Shown here: piece by piece, positions 54,422 through 63,133 of the stretch
Layout of the letters: every line of letters begins with the position of its first letter
Numbering within the stretch: position 1 is the first letter of the stretch
IMG/VR virus record: IMGVR_UViG_3300017963_000253
Location: 11,134 to 75,133 of that record
Reading direction: 5' to 3' (one strand)
DNA length: 64,000 nucleotides
Origin: a virus
Notes under the pieces: generated by a model
The model's input: the letters and a program-made list of their open reading frames with translations, nothing else
Told to the model about the DNA's origin: nothing
Databases searched by the model: none
Translations under genes and position numbers: made by a program

Positions 54422-57097
54422 TTGTCGGATTCCACCGTAGTGATAAAGGGTGGTCAGGTTACGTGCAAAAAGTCGGACTCTGGCGATCCAGACTCCGCGT
54501 TCATTCGGAGGTACTTCACCGCGGAGGGAGAGAGTCTAGAGGACTCTCTCTGTCTCAGCACGAAGTACGTTACGAGAACCGCTTCGATCACGGGGGCGGA
54601 CGGGGAGGAGGTCTTCCGGCAGGAGAACGTGGAGGTCCCGGAGGGTTGGAGCCAGCTCGCCACCAACGTGGTCGCCTCGAAGTACTTCCGCGGAAAGCCG
54701 GGGGAGGAGAACCGGGAGTCCTCCGTTAAGGGGATGATCTCCCGGGTAGTAAAGCAGATCTCCACCTGGGGGACGGAGGGCGGATACTTTACTTATCAGG
54801 AGGAGAAGTTGACCTTCGAGGCGGAGATGGCGCACGTCCTCCTGAGGCAGCGGGCTACGTTCAACTCCCCGGTCTGGTTCAACGTGGGAGTGGAGGCGGA
54901 GCCGCAGTGTTCCGCCTGCTTCATCAACTCCGTGGACGACACCCTCTCCTCTATCCTGAAGCTGGCGCGGACGGAGGGGATGATCTTTAAGTACGGCTCC
55001 GGAGCCGGGGTCAACCTCTCCCCCCTCCGCGGGGCGAAGGAGGGTCTCTCCGGAGGGGGGAGTGCCTCCGGTCCGGTCTCATTCATGAAGGGGTTCGATG
55101 CGTTCGCCGGGGTGATCAAGAGCGGGGGGAAGACGCGCCGCGCCGCGAAGCTGATCTGCCTTGACGTGGACCACCCGGACGTCCGGGAGTTCGTCACCTG
55201 CAAGCTGGCGGAGGAGGAGAAGGCGCGGGCGCTCCGGGAGGCGGGGTACTCCGGGGGGATAGAGGGGGATGCCTACGCGTCGGTCTTCTTTCAGAACGCT
55301 AACCACTCCGTTCGGGTCTCCGACGCGTTCATGCACGCCGCTGTATCCGGGTCTTACTGGGACCTAAAGTCCCGCCGGGACGGGGAGAACGTGGAGACGG
55401 TGAACGCCTCCGAACTTCTGGACCTCATTGCGGAGACCGCCTGGGCTTGCGGGGACCCGGGGATTCAGTTCGACGAAGCGGTGAACTTCTGGCACACCTG
55501 CCCGGGGCGGGGGAAGATCAACGCCTCGAACCCCTGTGGGGAGTTCGTCTTCCTAGACAACTCCGCCTGCAACCTGGCCTCCCTGAACCTGGTGAAGTTC
55601 GAGGACTCGAACGGGTACTTCGACTCCGCGTCGTTCGAGCACGTGGTCCGGTTGATGACCGTGGCTCAGGAGATCCTGGTGGACAACGCGCGGTACCCCA
55701 CGCCGGAGATCGAGTCTAACTCCAAGCGCTTCCGTCCGCTCGGGCTCGGGTACGCCAACCTCGGGGCGCTCCTGATGCGGCGGGCTCTTCCTTACGACTC
55801 CGAGGAGGCGCGGAACTACGCTGCGGGGATCACCGCTTTGATGACCGCTACCGCCTACCACGCCAGCGCGCGGCTGGCGCGCCGGAAGGGACCGTTTACG
55901 GGTTACGACGCGCGGGAGATGAAGCCGGTCCTCCTGAAGCACCTGGACGCGATTGGGAAGCATCGGAGCGTACCCGGGGCTTGGGGAGAACTCCTAAAGC
56001 GCGCGGAGGAGACGTTCTCCCGTGCGCTCCTGATCGGGGACAACTACGGGTTCCGGAACGCTCAGGTCACGCTCCTCGCACCGACGGGGACGATCGCGTT
56101 CATGATGGACTGCGAGACGACCGGGGTAGAGCCGGACCTCTCCCTCCGGAAGCGGAAGTCCCTCGTCGGGGGCGGGGAGTTGATCTACTCAAACGGATCC
56201 CTGGTGCGTGCGTTGGACGTTCTGGGGTACGATTCGACGGAGGTGGAACTCATCTTGGAGCACCTCGGGGAGCGTGGGACCCTAGTGGATTCGGAGGTCC
56301 TACCGGAGCACCTTCCGGTCTTCGACTGCGCGCTACCCGACGCGGTGGGTCGCTCTATCCCGTACCAAGGGCACCTGAAGATGCTCGCCGCGGTCCAGCC
56401 CTTCCTCTCCGGTGCGATCTCCAAGACGGTGAACCTCCCAGTAGACACTAAGGTGGAGGACGTACGCGCCGTCTTCGTCGAAGCTTGGGAGATGGGGCTA
56501 AAGTCCATTACCGTCTACCGGGACGGTTCGAAGGACGCGCAACCCGTGGAAGCGGTGGGGAAGACCTGGGAGGCTCCCCCACCCGTGAAGTTCTCCGGTC
56601 GGGAGAAGCTCCCGGAGACGCGCGCCTCCCTGACTCACAAGATCGACATCTCCGGGCACGAGGGGTACGTGATCGCCGGGATGTACCCGGACGGGCGACT
56701 CGGGGAGGTCTTCGTGGTGATGGCCAAGTCCGGGAGTACGGTCTCCGGGCTCCTGGACGCCTGGGCGACGGCGGTCTCCATCGGGATCCAGTACGGGGTT
56801 CCCTACGCGGTCCTCCGCGAGAAGTTCTCGAAGACCCGGTTCGAGCCCGCGGGGTACTCCAACCGCGGGCTGGTGACCTCCATCCTCGACTACCTCTTCG
56901 ACTGGCTGGAGGAGTGGTTCCCCGGGGGGAAGCGGAAGTTCTCCCGCGCGGAGGACGGTCCCCCTCGGGAGTTAACGGAGGCGGCGCGGACGCTCGGGGA
57001 CTCCGGTCCCCCCTGCCCGGACTGCGGCTCGATCATGGAGCCCTCCGGAGCCTGTCACCGCTGTCCCGTCTGCGGGTCCTCCTCCGGTTGCGGCTGA
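54422..57097 (+). CDS. nrdJ: class II (adenosylcobalamin-dependent) ribonucleotide reductase
   Basis: FNSPVWFN, QCSACFI, ASNPCGE, APTGTI, GAISKTVN, TSCPD-like domain, C-terminal Zn ribbon. Confidence 0.95.
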   Translation: MSDSTVVIKGGQVTCKKSDSGDPDSAFIRRYFTAEGESLEDSLCLSTKYVTRTASITGADGEEVFRQENVEVPEGWSQLATNVVASKYFRGKPGEENRESSVKGMISRVVKQISTWGTEGGYFTYQEEKLTFEAEMAHVLLRQRATFNSPVWFNVGVEAEPQCSACFINSVDDTLSSILKLARTEGMIFKYGSGAGVNLSPLRGAKEGLSGGGSASGPVSFMKGFDAFAGVIKSGGKTRRAAKLICLDVDHPDVREFVTCKLAEEEKARALREAGYSGGIEGDAYASVFFQNANHSVRVSDAFMHAAVSGSYWDLKSRRDGENVETVNASELLDLIAETAWACGDPGIQFDEAVNFWHTCPGRGKINASNPCGEFVFLDNSACNLASLNLVKFEDSNGYFDSASFEHVVRLMTVAQEILVDNARYPTPEIESNSKRFRPLGLGYANLGALLMRRALPYDSEEARNYAAGITALMTATAYHASARLARRKGPFTGYDAREMKPVLLKHLDAIGKHRSVPGAWGELLKRAEETFSRALLIGDNYGFRNAQVTLLAPTGTIAFMMDCETTGVEPDLSLRKRKSLVGGGELIYSNGSLVRALDVLGYDSTEVELILEHLGERGTLVDSEVLPEHLPVFDCALPDAVGRSIPYQGHLKMLAAVQPFLSGAISKTVNLPVDTKVEDVRAVFVEAWEMGLKSITVYRDGSKDAQPVEAVGKTWEAPPPVKFSGREKLPETRASLTHKIDISGHEGYVIAGMYPDGRLGEVFVVMAKSGSTVSGLLDAWATAVSIGIQYGVPYAVLREKFSKTRFEPAGYSNRGLVTSILDYLFDWLEEWFPGGKRKFSRAEDGPPRELTEAARTLGDSGPPCPDCGSIMEPSGACHRCPVCGSSSGCG

Positions 57098-57122
57098 GAG
57101 GGGGCTTCTAGGGTATAATTCA

Positions 57123-57241
57123 GGTAGGAAGGGGAGAGAGATCGGACGCCCCTCCGTTCCTACCCGCGGACCTCCGCGGAGACGTCCATGGGCTTTCTTC
57201 CTTTCCCCGCCGTTACAGCCTCTCTCCTCAGTGAGGTCCGC
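57123..57241 (+). ncRNA. structured intergenic element / putative sRNA 1
   Basis: TATAAT at 57114; stems GGTAGGAA/TTCCTACC and GCGGACCTC/GAGGTCCGC. Confidence 0.35.
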
Positions 57242-57246
57242 AACTT

Positions 57247-57262
57247 CATCTTGGATAGTAGT
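57247..57262 (+). promoter_or_regulatory. phage promoter motif
   Basis: CATCTTGGATAGTAGT. Confidence 0.65.
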
Positions 57263-57266
57263 AAGC

Positions 57267-57336
57267 ACAAGGGTGAGGGTTCCCGGGTAACGGATCCCCC
57301 CTCCTGATTCCCGGGAGCGCCTCGCCCACTTTTCTT
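57267..57336 (+). ncRNA. putative ~70-nt hairpin sRNA / attenuator with anti-SD loop
   Basis: 17-bp stem 57271-57287/57310-57327, loop TAACGGATCCCCCCTCCTGATT, T-rich tail. Confidence 0.45.
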
Positions 57337-57350
57337 CTGAAGGGGGAACC

Positions 57351-57770
57351 TTGAAAGACCTGAGAACGAAGGTGGAGAATAGCCTGGAACTCCCCGCGCA
57401 GTTAAAGCCGGAGGAGGTCGAGGCGATGCGCCGCCTCCAGCGGGAGCTGGAGCAAGCCGGGTACGCCGTCCGCCAGTTAGCGTTAGCCCCCGGGGGGAAC
57501 CCCCTCGCGGTTGTGGCGCGTAGGGAAGACGGGAAGCAACCGCTCCGGACGCTGATCGCGGCTTGCCGGACCCTCCTCCGCGCTTCGGAGGAGATCTCCC
57601 TTGGGGAGCGTGGGATCTCCGCGGAGGAGGCGGAGACCTTAGCGGCGGCTCGTCTGACCCTTCGTCAGACCCGGCAGCTCTTAACCGTGAAGCGGCGGGA
57701 GACGGTAGGGGCTTGCGCGCACCGAGAGATGGCGCGCGCGGTGGAGAAGTCTGAGGACTCTAAGGAATAA
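57351..57770 (+). CDS. hypothetical protein
   Basis: ORF with RBS and TTG start. Confidence 0.6.
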   Translation: MKDLRTKVENSLELPAQLKPEEVEAMRRLQRELEQAGYAVRQLALAPGGNPLAVVARREDGKQPLRTLIAACRTLLRASEEISLGERGISAEEAETLAAARLTLRQTRQLLTVKRRETVGACAHREMARAVEKSEDSKE

Positions 57771-57795
57771 GTAGATTTCAACGTGGGGAGGAGAT

Positions 57796-58026
57796 ATGCC
57801 GTTAACTACAGTACTCAGGATCCTGAGTGCGAAGCTCCTGACCCTTCCCAGCGAGTTCTGGCATCCGGCCGGAGACGCGGCGCGGAGCGGTGCTGACGCT
57901 CTGTACGAGTTAGGAGAATCGATTACGTTGGAACCGCGCTGTTACAGGCAGCGTCTGGTTCGAGGCGACCCGGGTGGTCAGCTGAAGAAGTCCCACCCGG
58001 GATCGTCGTTTCTTCTGCAGAGGTAG
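57796..58026 (+). CDS. hypothetical protein
   Basis: GGAGGAG RBS. Confidence 0.5.
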   Translation: MPLTTVLRILSAKLLTLPSEFWHPAGDAARSGADALYELGESITLEPRCYRQRLVRGDPGGQLKKSHPGSSFLLQR

Positions 58027-58034
58027 CTTTGGAG

Positions 58035-58583
58035 ATGAAGAGCGTAGAACTCGAATGGAGGCTAATCTACTCTATCGTCGTAGCGGGGAAGTCCGCCCGG
58101 TTCGCAAACAGAGTGGTGCGGAATCTTCGCGGGTTCGTACCCTTTCTGACTTCTCCGGTGGAGTTCCTGTCCGTTAATCCCTACGTTCTGAAGGAGTGCA
58201 AGACGGGACGTTACTTCGTTTTGAACAGCGCTCTTCTCTATTTGAGGGAAGACATGCACTCCTTCACTTTGAAGGAACGGCTAGATTTGAGAAGGTGCAA
58301 CCCGGAGAAGTTGGAGAAGATACCCGGAGTGGGGCCGAAGACGGCGCGATTCTTCATCGCCTGGACTCGTCCGAATGCCCGGGTCGCGGTCCTGGACCGT
58401 CACGTCCTCCGGTGGCTCCGGGAGAACGGGTACCCGGACGCGCCGAAGAAAACGCCCACCGGGAAACAATACCTGGAGTTGGAGCGTGCCTTCCTGAAAG
58501 AGGCGAAGAAGCGGGGGAAGACGCCCCGGGAGCTGGACCTGGAGATCTGGAGCGCGGCGGCGACCGCGCCTAATATAGCGTAG
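58035..58583 (+). CDS. HhH-family DNA glycosylase (8-oxoG Ogg2-like)
   Basis: IPGVGPKTARFF, VAVLDRHVLRWL, YLELE, ELDLEIW. Confidence 0.82.
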   Translation: MKSVELEWRLIYSIVVAGKSARFANRVVRNLRGFVPFLTSPVEFLSVNPYVLKECKTGRYFVLNSALLYLREDMHSFTLKERLDLRRCNPEKLEKIPGVGPKTARFFIAWTRPNARVAVLDRHVLRWLRENGYPDAPKKTPTGKQYLELERAFLKEAKKRGKTPRELDLEIWSAAATAPNIA

Positions 58584-58593
58584 GAGCATCTGG

Positions 58594-59442
58594 ATGAAGG
58601 ACGCGGAGAAGATAGTGCGGGCGGTCGCGGAGCTGGACGCGGCGCTGGACGGACTGGACAACGCGGAGGTCTACTACGCCCTCGCTCAGTCGAAGCGGGT
58701 CCCCCCGGGGCGGGGGATGTTCGCACAGCAGAAGGCGGAGTTGGAGGCGTTTGAGGACGGGCGATTGATCGGAGCGGTGGATGTGAAAAATGAAACGGGG
58801 ATGCACCCACTCGTAGATGACGTAGTTGATACTCATAATACCTCCGTCGTTAGGATACCTCGGATCCCACGCCTCCCCTGGGACCAGTTCTTCATGCTCC
58901 ACGCGCACCTAGCGGCGACCCGCTCCACCTGCGACCGGGGGCCGGAACTCTACTTCGACCCGGGGCGGCGCGGGGTTGGGGCGGTCATCGTCCGGGAGAA
59001 GCGGATCGTCGCCGGGGGGTACAACGGGTCTCCGCCGGGGCAACCTCATTGCTACGCCCTGAAGTGCGACTGTTGCGGGGTAGAGTTTCCGGAGAGTCAC
59101 ATCGAGAGAGCGGGTTTCGTAGATGGGCAGAGATGTCCCGCTTGCGCGCCCGGGAAGCTTTTCGGTGGGCACCTCCTTCGGGACGGTCACTGCGTGAGGA
59201 CGCTCCACGCGGAGGAGAACGCGCTCCTCCAGTGCGCGCTGGACGGGGTCTCCCCGGAAGGAGCTACCGTCTACACGACCGCCTCCCCCTGCTGGGACTG
59301 CGCGAAGCGCCTCGTACGGGTCGGGGTCTCCCGCCTCGTCTACTCAGCGGAGTACGGTTCCCGCTACGGACTCTCTGAGGACGCCGAAGGTCTCCTGGAG
59401 GATGCCGGGGTGGAGATGGAGCACCTGGAGGTCTCCCTTTGA
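58594..59442 (+). CDS. dCMP deaminase with N-terminal extension and Zn-ribbon insert
   Basis: WDQFFM..A...ATRSTC, GYNGSP, HAEENA, SPCWDC. Confidence 0.9.
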   Translation: MKDAEKIVRAVAELDAALDGLDNAEVYYALAQSKRVPPGRGMFAQQKAELEAFEDGRLIGAVDVKNETGMHPLVDDVVDTHNTSVVRIPRIPRLPWDQFFMLHAHLAATRSTCDRGPELYFDPGRRGVGAVIVREKRIVAGGYNGSPPGQPHCYALKCDCCGVEFPESHIERAGFVDGQRCPACAPGKLFGGHLLRDGHCVRTLHAEENALLQCALDGVSPEGATVYTTASPCWDCAKRLVRVGVSRLVYSAEYGSRYGLSEDAEGLLEDAGVEMEHLEVSL

Positions 59443-60317
59443 GGGACTACCGAACCGCGCTGATCGACGGGTCCGGGTTCGCCAAGGCGGCGTACAACCC
59501 GATGCTCCCGGAGCAGGCTCCCCACCGCTTCCTCCTCCGGATCTTCAAGGTCAACGCGGAGTACCCGGGGGTGAAGATCACCGTGGTCTGGGACCCGCGG
59601 GACAACAAGTCGGAGCGGCTGAAGCGCTTCCTGGACTATAAGAAGCGGCGGATCGGGAAGTCCTCCTTCCTGAAGGACGAGAACTACCTCCTGATGCTCC
59701 GGGAGATCTACCGGATCCTCCCCGCGCTCGGGGTCTCCCAGGCCTGGGCGGACGGTTGGGAGGCGGACGACGTGCTCGGGACGCTGGCGCGGAACGCCCG
59801 GGAGCGTCCCGTCCTCGTTCTGACGCGGGACAAGGACATGCTGCAGCTGGTCCGGGAGGACGTCCACGTGCTACTCCGGAGGGGAAGCGCGGAGCGGATC
59901 TACACGCCGCGGCGGATAGAGCGGGAGTGGGGCTTCCCGGCGGAGGTCATTACGGACTGGAAGGCCCTCGCCGGGGACACCGGGGACGATGTCCAGGGGA
60001 TCCCGGGCCTAGGAGAGAAGGCCGCGACCGCGATCCTCCGGAGCAGACCCTCCGCGGTCCGCTCTATCCTGAACAAGGCGGACCCCCTGACACCGGAGGA
60101 CCTCCCCGGGGACCTCGGGATCGGGAAGCGCTTCGCCAACCTCCTCCGGAAAGCGGCGGCGGATCCGGAGCGCCTCCGCTTGATGAGGTGGCTGGTCTCC
60201 CTCCACGAGGTGAGACCCACCTTCCGGAGGGCGAAGCGGGACCTCCGGAGAGCGAAGCGGCTGATGCTCCGGTTGGAACTGAACAAGCTAACGGCTAGAC
60301 TTCGGGAGTTCGAGTAG
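59439..60317 (+). CDS. 5'-3' exonuclease / flap endonuclease (PolI N-terminal family)
   Basis: LIDGS, WEADDVLGTL, RDKDMLQL, ALAGDTGDDVQGIPGLGEKAA. Confidence 0.92.
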   Translation: MRDYRTALIDGSGFAKAAYNPMLPEQAPHRFLLRIFKVNAEYPGVKITVVWDPRDNKSERLKRFLDYKKRRIGKSSFLKDENYLLMLREIYRILPALGVSQAWADGWEADDVLGTLARNARERPVLVLTRDKDMLQLVREDVHVLLRRGSAERIYTPRRIEREWGFPAEVITDWKALAGDTGDDVQGIPGLGEKAATAILRSRPSAVRSILNKADPLTPEDLPGDLGIGKRFANLLRKAAADPERLRLMRWLVSLHEVRPTFRRAKRDLRRAKRLMLRLELNKLTARLREFE

Positions 60318-60330
60318 GAGGAAGAGAGGT

Positions 60331-60945
60331 ATGAAGAGCTGGCTGGACGAACGGGAGGAGTATCAAATCTGGGCGGAGGTGGAGGAACCCATCGCGGTCC
60401 TGGAGGACAAGTCCGCGTGGTACTGGACCGCCCTCTACGTCCTGGGGGTGGTTTTCACCCTCGGGTTCCTTCTCTTCGGGATCTCCCTCCGGAGGTTTCG
60501 GGAGGACTTCGCTACTACGTTGATCACTCGCCAGGGGTACCCGGCGCGTTGGGCCTCCCTCTCCCGGCGGGTGGTGGTTCACGAGGGGAGGCACACGACT
60601 CAGGCGACTTGGTTCGGTTGGCTCTTCTTCCCGATAGCCTGGACCTCCCGCCGCCTCCGGGCTTGGTTAGGGGTCCCGGGGTTCGCGGCGGTCTACTTCC
60701 TCCTCCCCGTTCCCGTCGGGTTCGCTCTTGGGCGCTTCTTCCTGGAGCTAGACGCGGACAAGCGGGCTTGGGCTCGTTGCCTCTCGGAGCAGAGTATGAC
60801 CCCGGCGGACGTGACCTCCCACGCGGAGCGGAGGTGGAGAACCCTCTCCGGGGGTTCCTACTTCTGGGCGGTCCCCACCCCGTTCGCGCGGTACTTCTAC
60901 CGGAGCGCGGCGAAGCGCTCCCTGGTCAATTGGAGGGGAGAATGA
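60331..60945 (+). CDS. membrane protein with HExxH motif
   Basis: HEGRH, hydrophobic segments, downstream LELDA. Confidence 0.65.
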   Translation: MKSWLDEREEYQIWAEVEEPIAVLEDKSAWYWTALYVLGVVFTLGFLLFGISLRRFREDFATTLITRQGYPARWASLSRRVVVHEGRHTTQATWFGWLFFPIAWTSRRLRAWLGVPGFAAVYFLLPVPVGFALGRFFLELDADKRAWARCLSEQSMTPADVTSHAERRWRTLSGGSYFWAVPTPFARYFYRSAAKRSLVNWRGE

Positions 60946-61283
60946 GCCTAGAGCGTAAGATCCAGATCGGGGCTAAGGTGGAGTTTCGGGTTTCCTTTCA
61001 CCGCAGGGCGATGGTTCGGGACCGGGTGTCGGAGGGTAGTAACCCGGACTGGACGGAGGCTTGGACGGAGGAGTTGATCCTCCAGGACGAGGGTTCGGTC
61101 CTCTGCGCGGGGGACGCCTTCGAGGACGCGCTTCCGGACTTGAAGGGAGCCGGGACCGTTTCCCTGGAGTGCGCGCTAGCGGACGCGCTGGCGCGGACGG
61201 GGGACGGGGACGTTCGGGAGGAGATGAGGGACAAGGTGGAGCGCGCGGTTGACGCGTTCGAGCGGAAGGACGAGCCCTCCTGA
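60942..61283 (+). CDS. hypothetical protein
   Basis: ATGA overlap with RBS. Confidence 0.6.
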   Translation: MSLERKIQIGAKVEFRVSFHRRAMVRDRVSEGSNPDWTEAWTEELILQDEGSVLCAGDAFEDALPDLKGAGTVSLECALADALARTGDGDVREEMRDKVERAVDAFERKDEPS

Positions 61284-61369
61284 CTCTCATCCTGATGGAA
61301 AGCGCGAAACCTCATTTAGTACCGTTCCAGCGTAAGTAACCTACACTACGCAGGAGAGGAGACGCGCAA

Positions 61370-62836
61370 ATGTCCGATGATTACACTTACCCGCTTCCCC
61401 CGAACCTTTTCGACGGGCAGTTGGGTGCGATGGCGACGGAGGAGGGGCTCGTCGACCTTCTGAACGAGCTGAACGGTCGAATCGCCCTCCTGGAGGGTCC
61501 GAAGGTGGACGTTTGGGCGAACGGGTTGATCGGGGACGACGTCAACTTCGACGGGCTCTCCGAGGAGACCCCGGTCAAGTCCCTCTCGAAGCTCGCGTCG
61601 ATGCTTCGTTACTTCGTCCAGGTGAACGTCGCCGCGCATTTGACCGGGGACCTCTTCGAGGACGTTGGGCAGGTCTACTTCGACCTTCAGCCCGCGGCTG
61701 GCGTGAAAGTGGTTATCGAGGGGGAGAACGAGGTGACGGTCCTCGACGACAACGGCGGGAACGACTACACCTCCGACGCCGCGGGAATCAACTCCATCGG
61801 GGTGACGGGGGCCTTCACCCCAACCCCGGCACCCGGTTCCAAGTTCACCCAGTGGCTGGAGATGAGGACCGGGGACACCGCGGGTCAAGTTCGGACGGTA
61901 CAGAAGAACACGGCGGACTTGGTCACCCTGCATCGGGAGTTCTCTCAGATCCCGGCGGTTGGGGACAAGTTTCGCTTCGTGCGTCCGAAGACGGAGGTCC
62001 GCAACGCCTCCGTGGTGATCCAGAACCGCGGAGCCGGAACCGTCTACGTTCAGAACCTGTACTTCGGAGCCACCGCGACGGCGAACCTCATCGTTCAGTT
62101 CTCCAACCCGGTGAAGCTCTCCCACCTGATGAACAACTCCTCGAACCTCAACGCGTATAAGTTCGAGAGCTGTAGGTTTCCGGAGTTAGGAGACCGTCTC
62201 ATGGACACGGAGACGTATACCCAGAACGATTCCCTTCTCGGGAAGAGCTGCGGCGTCTCCCAGGGGAACGGGGGATCGTTTTTTGGGTTTTACTTCCTGC
62301 TCAATTCCGTCTGCCGTGCAAATGCTTGCGTGGGTTGGGCGATAATTAACTTTAAGACACAGGCGGTGCAGATCGGGAATGGGTCCAAGTCCCTCTTCGA
62401 GCTGTTGAACGGTTGCCCGTTCAACGGGTTATCGACCCCGAATATAACTACTAACGCGGGCTACGCTACGACGGAGATTGGTGGTCACCCGGTCTACGGG
62501 GCGTTCGGGGGGATCGATATGAACAACTCCGATCTCTGTATCGGGGACGGGGTGGATATCTCCGGTTCCACCAATGGGATCCGAGCGATCTACTCTCAGC
62601 TCCGCATGCACGAGGTAACGGGCTCGAATACCGCGTGTGGTGTCCTGGCGCAGCACTTGACTTCCATCCAGGTCCGCCCAACGAAGACTCCGACGCTCAG
62701 TGGAAACGGTGGAACCGTAGACGTCTCGGTGGACGGGGCGACGGAGGCGGTGGACTGGCCCACCATAATCGCATCGGGGTTCACGGACGCGACCCAGTTG
62801 ATCCGGGCCGGAGTCATTGCGGTCCCGGGTGACTAA
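61370..62836 (+). CDS. beta-helix tail fibre/spike-like protein outside the tail module
   Basis: GDDVNFDGLSEETPVKSL (DUF1565-like), Asn/Gly/Ser-rich beta-helix repeats. Confidence 0.65.
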   Translation: MSDDYTYPLPPNLFDGQLGAMATEEGLVDLLNELNGRIALLEGPKVDVWANGLIGDDVNFDGLSEETPVKSLSKLASMLRYFVQVNVAAHLTGDLFEDVGQVYFDLQPAAGVKVVIEGENEVTVLDDNGGNDYTSDAAGINSIGVTGAFTPTPAPGSKFTQWLEMRTGDTAGQVRTVQKNTADLVTLHREFSQIPAVGDKFRFVRPKTEVRNASVVIQNRGAGTVYVQNLYFGATATANLIVQFSNPVKLSHLMNNSSNLNAYKFESCRFPELGDRLMDTETYTQNDSLLGKSCGVSQGNGGSFFGFYFLLNSVCRANACVGWAIINFKTQAVQIGNGSKSLFELLNGCPFNGLSTPNITTNAGYATTEIGGHPVYGAFGGIDMNNSDLCIGDGVDISGSTNGIRAIYSQLRMHEVTGSNTACGVLAQHLTSIQVRPTKTPTLSGNGGTVDVSVDGATEAVDWPTIIASGFTDATQLIRAGVIAVPGD

Positions 62837-62886
62837 CAATTAACCCCTAAAGCTCCGCTCCGAAGGGGCGGGGGAGGAGAAGAGAG

Positions 62887-63087
62887 ATGGCTAATTGTCT
62901 AGGTTGCGCTCAGGAGATCCAGGTCGAGGCCCGGGAGTGCCCCCGCTGTCACCGGAAGGGATGCGACCAGTGCCTCACCCTCCACGGCCGTGGGGACGGG
63001 ACTCAGCACTGCGAGCGGTGCAAGGCGGAGGACGAGAGTGCTCTGAATCCGGATGCTCACGCGTTCAATGGCACCGTCCCGGAGTAA
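62887..63087 (+). CDS. small double zinc-finger protein
   Basis: Four CxxC pairs. Confidence 0.7.
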   Translation: MANCLGCAQEIQVEARECPRCHRKGCDQCLTLHGRGDGTQHCERCKAEDESALNPDAHAFNGTVPE

Positions 63088-63113
63088 CCCACCTTCGTAA
63101 CCTCCCGGAGACT

Positions 63114-63129
63114 CATCTCGGTTAGAAGA
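63114..63129 (+). promoter_or_regulatory. phage promoter motif
   Basis: CATCTCGGTTAGAAGA, starting 20 nt before the GTG at 63134. Confidence 0.6.
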
Positions 63130-63133
63130 GAGG

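Noticed and set aside
56249-56262. CTCATCTTGGAGC as another promoter-motif copy
   Set aside because: Inside nrdJ and lacks the conserved TA.
57100-57345. Cobalamin riboswitch next to nrdJ
   Set aside because: Lies downstream of nrdJ and lacks recognisable B12-box consensus.
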